A stretch of DNA of 64,000 nucleotides from an uncultured bacterium. Lineage in GTDB: Bacteria > Fidelibacterota > Marinisomatia > Marinisomatales > UBA1611. A program made the position numbers and the translations under genes. The DNA lies in assembly GCA_943788175.1 (NCBI GenBank), contig CALSPG010000005.1:288001-352000 (forward strand). Reading direction: 5' to 3'. Numbering within the stretch: the stretch's first letter is position 1; the number at the start of each line of letters is the position of its first letter. Below are positions 42,418 through 50,374 of the stretch, in pieces. Under the pieces are notes generated by a model. That model had not been told where the DNA came from and did not search any database. It was given only the letters and a program-made list of their open reading frames with translations.

Positions 42418-42738
42418 TTGTTAAGATTTGGTGTTGATATTATTGAAATTGATTCATTCCCATCTTTTATTAAAGGTAAGGATGATTCTTTCTTTTTGTA
42501 TAATTATACAAAAAGCGAAATAGAATTTGCTAAAAACAAACTCAACCCGGATATTGAGTTTGTTAAAATGTTTTCAATTAAAGAGTCTCTTGTCAAGTCA
42601 GACAATTTATTAGTAGGAAAGAATTTTAATAAAATAGAATTGTCATTTGTTGGGGATTGTTATATTTATAATGATTACAAGATAACTACATCAACTGCGA
42701 ACAATAATTGCATATCATTTGTTTTAAGCACTACGTAA
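42418..42738 (+). CDS. 4'-phosphopantetheinyl transferase (AcpS-like)
   Basis: GVDIIEI, YT..EI, FSIKES..K. Confidence 0.75.
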   Translation: MLRFGVDIIEIDSFPSFIKGKDDSFFLYNYTKSEIEFAKNKLNPDIEFVKMFSIKESLVKSDNLLVGKNFNKIELSFVGDCYIYNDYKITTSTANNNCISFVLSTT

Positions 42739-42873
42739 TCTTTTGTAGGCATAATAATTGGTTTAATGTTATGGAGGTGTAAGTAGGGTATGCTTTAAAA
42801 CGGAGGATGAACAGATGAACACTTATTACATATACTACCTACACTATTGAGATGTATGGATTTATATATAAAC

Positions 42874-43773
42874 CTAATTAAGGAGTTCGGGGTAGTCATC
42901 AATATCATCTAAACTATCACTTAAATATTTGGCATCATCGTTACGAAGTAAGTGAGGTGCATATAGAACTAATAGATTAAGAATAGTTTTATCAGTACAT
43001 CCATAGTGTTCAGATAATTTCTTCTTATTGATGTTTCCATTCTTTTTAAATCTGATCGAGTCTACAACCTTTTCTAATCTTCCACTTTCTAAGTCTTCTT
43101 GAAATGCAACTTCGTATCTTTTATTTTTGTATTTCTTTTTTAACTCACGCTCTTTTAATAAGGCTTGTGTTGTTACCCTTAATTGATTTTCTAAAACACT
43201 TGCAGAAGTATGTACCACGGGTTTTTCTGTTTCAGATAAATTTGGTAAAGTATTTGCATCAAGTAAGGTAGGGGCAAAGTCTATCATAACACCCTTTACT
43301 TGAAACCAATTTTCAAATTCTAATTTAGGTTTATAAAGAATATGTTCATCAGATATGAACTTGCTTCTGCCGTCATTAAAACTTTTAGGTAACATATTAA
43401 TTATCCAAGTGTATATCATTTTATTAAAGGCTATACAAAAGTTCTTATTATCAAGATTCAAACCTTTGATGTAAGAATATTGATTATCAAGAGTAACTTG
43501 ATGAACTAATTTTTCTCCTTGCTTATATTTCCAAGTAGTTGGCTGATTGAAATAAACATTAAAAGAATACAATGGGAACTCATATTCTTCACCATAACCC
43601 CATTTCTGATAATTCGCTTCGATACCTAATTCATTTTGTTGCTCATTATAGAACTGATTGAAGTCTTGAATCTTTTTATTGATTCTTGTTAAAACTCTTA
43701 ATCTGTCTTTCTCATCTCCCCTTATCCATTCATCGGTATAGGGTTTTGTTATCTCTCCTATCAGTAAACTCAA
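42874..43773 (-). CDS. Element-encoded hypothetical protein with possible C-terminal HTH
   Basis: NKKKLSEHYGCTDKTILN HTH-like segment; divergent from the excisionase-like gene. Confidence 0.5.
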   Translation of the reverse strand: MSLLIGEITKPYTDEWIRGDEKDRLRVLTRINKKIQDFNQFYNEQQNELGIEANYQKWGYGEEYEFPLYSFNVYFNQPTTWKYKQGEKLVHQVTLDNQYSYIKGLNLDNKNFCIAFNKMIYTWIINMLPKSFNDGRSKFISDEHILYKPKLEFENWFQVKGVMIDFAPTLLDANTLPNLSETEKPVVHTSASVLENQLRVTTQALLKERELKKKYKNKRYEVAFQEDLESGRLEKVVDSIRFKKNGNINKKKLSEHYGCTDKTILNLLVLYAPHLLRNDDAKYLSDSLDDIDDYPELLN

Positions 43774-43949
43774 CCTTGTTTGTTATATACCCCACCCCAA
43801 GCAAAATTAATAGGGAGTAGTTCTTTTAGTTTATCATTATCGATATAATCTGAATTAATCTTATTAGCCTCACACATTTTGTAGATCATTTCTATCAATC
43901 CTATTTGTTCATAGGCATCTTGTAATGTAGGTGTTTTCTTTTCTTCCAT
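43770..43949 (-). CDS. Small hypothetical protein (likely start MEEKKTP)
   Basis: Stop overlaps the start of the 42874..43773 ORF. Confidence 0.45.
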   Translation of the reverse strand: MEEKKTPTLQDAYEQIGLIEMIYKMCEANKINSDYIDNDKLKELLPINFAWGGVYNKQG

Positions 43950-44066
43950 ATTTCTTTTTTCGGAGTAATTCCGAAATAATTCGGATTTCGGATGGCGCGA
44001 ATTTATGATGTAATAGGGTATGGCACAACTAATCAAGGTTGGTCATAAACCAATAGGAAATGAATA

Positions 44067-44285
44067 ATGGAAATAAGAATAGTTGAATTATTAAATGAAA
44101 TAAGAACTCTAATACTTGGCAAGGTAAATGAGAGATGGTTGAATCTCAGAGATGTATCTGAATACACATCTGTTTCAGAAAGTACAATTCGTAGGGCAAT
44201 CAAAAAAGGTGTCCTTAAATCATCAAACAAAACGGGAAGATTACTTTTTAAAGTATCTGATGTTGATAGGTGGCTGAACTCATAA
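44067..44285 (+). CDS. Excisionase/AlpA-like helix-turn-helix protein
   Basis: WLNLRDVSEYTSVSESTIRRAIKKG.L...GRLLF..SDVDRWL. Confidence 0.82.
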   Translation: MEIRIVELLNEIRTLILGKVNERWLNLRDVSEYTSVSESTIRRAIKKGVLKSSNKTGRLLFKVSDVDRWLNS

Positions 44286-46206
44286 TGGATTACACCCATA
44301 TCTTTGAAAGAGACTTCAAATAGAAGTTAATAAGCGAAGTGGGATTCAATGGCAAGGTAGATGTCCATTACCAAGCCACGAAGATAGAAAAGCATCCTTT
44401 TCTTGGAATATAGATAACGGACTATGGAAATGTCACGGGTGCTTTGAATCGGGGAATGCTTATCAATTAGCAGAAATATTAGGTATAGCAAACCCATCCC
44501 AATATATAGAAAAAGAAACGGGGGGATATAGGAACAACCCCCCTCCAATACAGAAAGTTAATGTAATGAGTAGTGAAGAACTCGATGCACTTAAAAAAAA
44601 GTATCACTCAAATCTAACTGAACAAGATACCACATTTACCAATCCATATACAATACACGGAAGACGGGATGATGGGAATTTAGTTTTCTTTCTACCCGAT
44701 GCAATTAAGCATCACAAGTCTCAACCATATTGGGAGGGCAACAATAAGAAGTGTCAAATATTTGGTAGTGAATATCTTGCTGAGATAGATGCGAATGATA
44801 CTCTATACATATTCGAGGGAGAAAAAGAAGTATGTTACTCTCCATACAAGGGAATCAGTTTCACGGCTGGTGCTGGAAATGTTCCCGAAGACTTATCTCA
44901 ATTATACGCCTATAAAGATATTTGCATCATTCCCGATAATGATGATGCTGGATATAAGGGTGCTGATAAATGGGCAAAGGTCTGTTCAAGTAAATGGGGT
45001 GCATCCGTAAGGATTGCACAATGGGATGAGACACTCCCAAAAGGTTACGATGTGTATGATGATTATGTCCGTTCAACAAATGGAGATGAAGATTACATAT
45101 TTGATGAAACCGATAAGGCAATCAGCAAAGCAATCCCCTTTAAAGAAAATAACCACAAAACTGAAATTGGAGGTTTCAATACAATGGCAATAAACAACTA
45201 CATACAAACATATCAAGATGAAGAAGTAAGTCATATCATAGATGGATTATTAGTTAAAGGAGGTGTGACAATCCTTGCTGGTTCTGATGGAGTTGGTAAG
45301 TCTTGGTTAGGTTTACAAATGGGATTCTGTATCTCAAATGGAAATGAGTTCTTAGGTTGGGAAACAAAGAAGATGCCCGTTCTGCTTATTCAATTTGAAT
45401 TAGGTACGGCTCAACTGAAAGATAGATTACAGATACTATCTAAATCCTATGATATGAATACTGATTTCAATGTGGTAGACCTATCAGATGAAGACCTCAT
45501 CTTTACAGATGCTTGGGATAAGATAGAACAGACTATTGATAATCAATCTTTTACGGATGGAGTTATCATTGTAGATAATCTATATGCAAGTACTGATAAG
45601 GATGTATCTCAAAATCACGAACTCAAACCTATCTTAAAAAAGATAAGAAAGTTGTGTGTGGAGTATGACAATGCTTTTGTCTTGATTGCTCATCACAATA
45701 AGAACGAAAAAGATGATGAGCCGATCCTGACAAAAAAACTGATAACGGGAGGGAAGACACTTACAAATTTCCCCAACAATGTTATTCAAGTTGGCAGTAG
45801 CAGTTTAGGTAATGACATCTTTAGAGGCAAGATTACAAAGATAAGAGATAAAGGTAGTGATTTAATAAACATTCCTTTTATCCTCAACTTTGACCAAGAC
45901 ACTTGTGTTTTTTCAAGGGGTGTAATCATTGTATCTGAGATACTTCATTGCCAACCCATTAAAAAGAGATGGGAATATGAATTGCTTATAGACTTCCTTG
46001 CCTATCAATCTAATGAGGCGTTTACTCGTTCAAGGTTATGGCAATTCCTATCTACAAAAGACGGATGGGAAAAGACTCCATCAAATCAAACTAAGGTTAC
46101 AAGGTTTCTAAGTAGAATGAAAACTTGGGGATTCATTATAGAGCGTGAATACAATCTGTATGAATTAAGCCTTGAAGATATAAGGAGGCTGGAAGAAGAA
46201 AGATGA
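44285..46206 (+). CDS. Primase-helicase: CHC2 zinc finger + Toprim + AAA (RepA/AAA_25-like); frameshift near 44320
   Basis: In frame upstream of 44566: CPLPSHEDRKASF...WKCHGC; EGEKE and PDNDDAG Toprim; GSDGVGKS Walker A; IIVDN, AHHNK. Confidence 0.82.
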
Positions 46207-46662
46207 TTTACGGGGGGTGAATATAGTGTTTAAGTGTTCATCTTAGGTGCTTATGTATTCCCCTCTCAAATGAACAGATAAACAGACTTAACCATACATA
46301 GCAAGAGGATTTAAAGATAATGGAATATAAAGTAATGGACTTTCAAAAATATACAGACTACTTAGGTGATAGGTGGGATGATACTATTGAAATGGGAAAG
46401 TTTGATACCTATGAAATGGCATTGGAATCGAATGAGTATCATTGAGCAAGACCTTGCAAACGGGTAAGAATGGATTGCCTAAAGATAGTACTTTAGAACT
46501 AATTCAATTCGTAACAGAGTCACATCATACGGGTGGTAATAAGTCTTAATGAAGATGGCTGGATTGTGGTACTACACAAACCCGATATTGTTACAGATGT
46601 TACAAATGTTACAGATGGCTCAGAAGTAGGTACTCAAGCACACGCTGAACAGGAGGTAAACT

Positions 46663-47058
46663 AGGGCTATCTCTCACTCAGAACAGAGAGACATCGACTT
46701 GTCAAAACTTGACATTGAAGATGATATTTTCCCCCCTAAAAAAGGTGCAGATGAGGATAGTAACTCCCCCAATTTTGGCAGAGGTCAGCATCCTAATTCA
46801 AAGAAGAATCTGAAGCCATTATGAGAAAGGTGTTAGTGGTAATCCATCGGGTAAACCAAAAAAGGTAGCACAATTAAAAGAGGTCTTAGATTGGTGGGGT
46901 AGGCTTAACTGAATATGATAATTGGTCTTGGGATAAATACACCAATAGAGCAAATGGTAGTCAAAGGTATATGGAAAAGAGCAACCTCATGGTAATAGAC
47001 AAGACTTAGATATTTGCTATCACTTGGATTACTTGATTCAGACAAGTTTAAAGACTAA
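46663..47058 (+). pseudogene. Degraded small-terminase-like (DUF5681-type) gene
   Basis: GRGQHPNSKKNLKP / YEKGVSGNPSGKPK across a frameshift; AGGAGG RBS at 46651 before a non-ATG codon; further indels downstream. Confidence 0.55.
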
Positions 47059-47200
47059 TTTAGGAACGCTTAAATCAACATGTTAAATATACCTAAATAC
47101 AATTCCCCCTATGAGATGTGGTCAGCAGTAATGCCCCAAACGATTTCAACATGTTATCGTAAGCCATCTTTGGGGGGATGTAGGTAATAGGAGTCAGCAT

Positions 47201-48316
47201 ATGGCTACATATATAAAACAAAGAAAACGTCAGTACTCATCCCGTATTCAATGGAGAGACTGAGAATGGTAATAAGAGAGAACGAAAAATACCTCTTAAA
47301 ACTTCTTCTAAATCTGTTGCAGTAGTCAGAAACAATGAAGTAACGAAAGTTGAAGATACTATTATCGATGGAGATAATTGGTCTTTTGCTTGGATGAATG
47401 ATGATGGTAAAAGTTAAACTAATTAGATTATCTATTAGCGAGGCTTATGAAGAATATAGGATTGTCCAAAACATAGATGGAGTGAGAGCGTCTACGCTCG
47501 ATCGAGTTGATAACTCTATGAAGACACTATATAAAGTCTTTGGAGAGAACTATCCAATAGCATCATTAACATACTCGCATATAGAACAATTCAAAGAGTA
47601 TTGGCACGGAACACATCAACCAACTACAATGAATATTAATCTATCAAAGATTAAAGCGTTTCATAATTGGTGTCTTAAAAAAAGATATACTATAAAAGAT
47701 GTAGAGTTTAAGATGGTTAAGGAAGATGAAAAGCCTCCACAATATCTAACAGATGCTGAGTTTAAAAGCATAATGAAATGTGATATAATAGATGACCATT
47801 TCAAGAAAGCATTTGTATTCTATTTGTATACGGGTTGTAGAAAAACAGAACCATTTATTGCAGACTTAAATGGTAATTGGCTTACAATCAAATCAACAGA
47901 TGCTAAGTCTCACAGAACTCGTGATATTGAATTAAATGAAGTAACTAAGGGCATAGTTCAAGATATGAGAGATAGGTATCATTACTATATGGATGAATAT
48001 GCACAGAAACCAAGAAATGTGATTATGAACTATGGTAAGCAGTTCAAAAAGGCTTGTAGATACTTAGGTATCAAGGGCAAGACCTTACATTCATTGAGAC
48101 ATACTTATGCAGTTAGACGCTGGGCAATCACGGGAGACATTAAGATGGTATCTCAAGAGATTGGTCATAGTCTCAGTAGTGATGACAGAGAAGTATGCTA
48201 AGTTCAATCTTAGAAAGTTAAGAGATGATTTCCCCTCATTAAAAGAGCGTATCAATCTTAGACTTACTCCACCAAGTGAAGACTCATATTTTACTACGCT
48301 TTTAAATGCTATTTAG
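47201..48316 (+). CDS. Tyrosine recombinase/integrase, three frameshifts (~47261, ~47410, ~48172)
   Basis: YTGCRKTE (R), HSLRHTYA (HxxR), GHS / MTEKYA (H, Y) across frames; AGGAG RBS before ATG 47201; next to the att repeat. Confidence 0.88.
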
Positions 48317-48415
48317 AGGCATAAAATGGCAAAGAGGACACGTTTTGGAGGATACACCTAATAGACCTAAAATGCTAAGTGTAGTAATATATGTAGTTAG
48401 GAGTTAAAAACGCTG

Positions 48416-48650
48416 AGAGCGTTGCCCTTACAAGGCAGATGTCGGGAGTTCGAATCTCTCAACGCCCACTCCTCAGAAACCCTCGTTTATTGACGGGGGT
48501 TTTTGTTTTTCTACAAGTCTGTCAAAGTCGTCATTCCTTATCATTGTATGACATTTATAATAGGAACTTTGGAGGCTACCAAGCCCTAATTCAATTACTT
48601 ATTTCAACCAAAGTAGGGGGGCATACCCCGTTTGATAGGTCGGTAGGTAT
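48416..48650 (+). repeat. Right att copy plus ~180-bp extended direct repeat of 38450-38688
   Basis: Partial tRNA copy, terminator and downstream sequence, including a 36-bp identical block (38641-38676 = 48604-48639). Confidence 0.9.
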
Positions 48651-48714
48651 CTTTGATTTAAAATTTTATGTTTTTATTGAAAAGAACTATCGGAAGAAAT
48701 AACTATAAATGTAA

Positions 48715-48759
48715 ATATTTTGAGGTTCAAACTTTGAATAAATTCAAACCTCAAAATAT
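48715..48759 (-). terminator. Inverted repeat downstream of the cold-shock gene
   Basis: atattttgaggtt...aacctcaaaatat, 13-bp perfect arms. Confidence 0.5.
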
Positions 48760-48789
48760 CATTTTTAATAAAAAAGTTACTAGAGTAGT

Positions 48790-49002
48790 CTATTTAGGTA
48801 CTACGTTTGTTGCGCAAGGACCTTTATCAGAAGAACCTTCTTCATAATCAACTTCCTGCCCGTCTCTTAAGGTTTTGTACCCATCCATTTGAATCTCATT
48901 CATATGAACAAATAAGTCTTTATCACCATCTTTTGGTGCTATAAATCCAAATCCTTTTTTATCATTGAACCATTTTACGGTTCCTTCTTTTACATCACTC
49001 AT
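48790..49002 (-). CDS. Cold-shock protein (CspA family)
   Basis: GTVKWFN..KGFGFI, DLFVH, KGP.A.NV. Confidence 0.95.
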   Translation of the reverse strand: MSDVKEGTVKWFNDKKGFGFIAPKDGDKDLFVHMNEIQMDGYKTLRDGQEVDYEEGSSDKGPCATNVVPK

Positions 49003-49159
49003 TTTATTATTTTCCTACTTTTGTTTATTTATTCAATTATTACTTATTTAATTGAATACTGCAATTTAATACTGTTATTACATAAATAAATTTAATTATT
49101 ATTTAAGTCTATAAAAAAATATATTGCATAGTTTAATCACATTATCACAATTTTTGATA

Positions 49160-49483
49160 ATGAAAAAATCGATAAATAAATTCATTTTAACTGGGATAGC
49201 TCTTTTATTTTTTAGCTCGATTTTTCATTTAGATCATACTCCGGCGCACGAGCATCAAAATGGATACAACATATGCAATATAGGATGTAAGGATATTGAG
49301 CATCATTCTTATTCTCATCAATGTGAAAAGTGTTTAAGCAAAACCCAAAGATATGTAAGTGTAAATCTTTTTGATTTATCACTTCATAACAACTCAACAT
49401 CATTTGACAATCCTAAAGACATTACTTTTTCTAAATTCATAAATTTTAATTCAAATAAAAGAGCCCCACCCATTATCCTTTAG
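49160..49483 (+). CDS. His/Cys-rich leader protein ending in RAPP (DUF2946-like), copy 1
   Basis: N-terminal hydrophobic helix, HxH, GYNICNIGC-x4-HH-x5-CEKC, KRAPPIIL*. Confidence 0.75.
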   Translation: MKKSINKFILTGIALLFFSSIFHLDHTPAHEHQNGYNICNIGCKDIEHHSYSHQCEKCLSKTQRYVSVNLFDLSLHNNSTSFDNPKDITFSKFINFNSNKRAPPIIL

Positions 49484-49673
49484 ATTTTATTAAAGGAGCA
49501 ACAGTTTCAGTAAAAATACATTTTGTATGCAATGAGTGCATGCCAGTTTCGTATTTGTCGTAAACATCTATCATCAATTTTTCAGTAATGATTATAATTG
49601 AATTATGATTGAGAAATTTGATGCTCCTAAATCTTTGTTCAAAAATATCTTTTGAAAATCATAAAGGAAACAA

Positions 49674-50087
49674 ATGATGTTAAATTCAATAAATATTTCG
49701 ATAAAAAATATTAAAGTAGATAGTCTTGGCGCTTTGGTAAGCGGCTTATGCATGTTGCATTGTCTTGCAACGCCAATCTTTTTTATTGCTTCAGCTTGTT
49801 CAGCAGCATGTTGTAACTTTGCTCCAACTTGGTGGCAATCATTAGATTATATTTTTCTAGTTATTTCTCTTTTTGCTGTAATCCAAGCATCTAGAAATTC
49901 AAATAGTTCATTGGTTCCTAGGGGGCTACTAGCTAGTTGGTTAGGGTTAGGTTTTTTTATATTGAACGCTAAGTTTGGTTGGATTAGCGTTCATCAGAAT
50001 ATTAAGTTTATTCCTGCGTTTCTTCTTATTGGATTTCATCTATACAATATGAAGTACTGTCAATGTGAGAGCAATGAATGTTGCTAA
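49674..50087 (+). CDS. MerC domain-containing membrane protein
   Basis: DSLG..VS.LC.LHCLATP, several TM helices, Cys-rich tail. Confidence 0.8.
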   Translation: MMLNSINISIKNIKVDSLGALVSGLCMLHCLATPIFFIASACSAACCNFAPTWWQSLDYIFLVISLFAVIQASRNSNSSLVPRGLLASWLGLGFFILNAKFGWISVHQNIKFIPAFLLIGFHLYNMKYCQCESNECC

Positions 50088-50121
50088 ATTATTTAATGTT
50101 TTTTTAATGAGAGGATGAAGA

Positions 50122-50370
50122 ATGAAAGAAAATGAATTTCCACTTCTAAAGATTACAAATATTGATTGGGATCCAGATCATGAAGAATTTGAAAAATTAC
50201 CCAAAAAATTAGAGCTTAAATGGGATAAAAAAAATTGGACCATCGATGATGTTTCAAACTGGTTAAGTCTTGAATTTGACTGGGTTTTTAACAGTCTTAA
50301 TATTAATCAAGTTGGAATTTGGGAGAATGGTGGTTGTAGTTGCTGCGCTGGCGGATGTAGTTGCTGCTAA
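50122..50370 (+). CDS. Small protein with Cys-rich tail
   Basis: GAGG RBS; C-terminus GGCSCCAGGCSCC. Confidence 0.6.
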   Translation: MKENEFPLLKITNIDWDPDHEEFEKLPKKLELKWDKKNWTIDDVSNWLSLEFDWVFNSLNINQVGIWENGGCSCCAGGCSCC

Positions 50371-50374
50371 ATTT

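Larger units (their letters stand above)
38450..48468. mobile_element. tRNA-Val-integrated element (phage-satellite/PICI-like island), 9,966 bp between att repeats
   Basis: 53-bp direct repeat of the tRNA 3' part at 38450-38502 and 48416-48468 (1 mismatch); integrase, excisionase-like HTH and primase-helicase inside. Confidence 0.9.

Noticed and set aside
48416-48468. Second tRNA-Val gene
   Set aside because: Lacks the 5' acceptor strand and most of the D-arm; it is the att duplication
48439-48702. ORF over the right att region (also 38589..38888 on the minus strand)
   Set aside because: Translations of tRNA, terminator and repeat sequence, or antisense to the integrase remnant
49003-49159. 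Zur/Nur operator upstream of RAPP leader 1 (and 53603-53690 for leader 2)
   Set aside because: Only short imperfect palindromes expected by chance in AT-rich DNA; no motif shared between the two promoters
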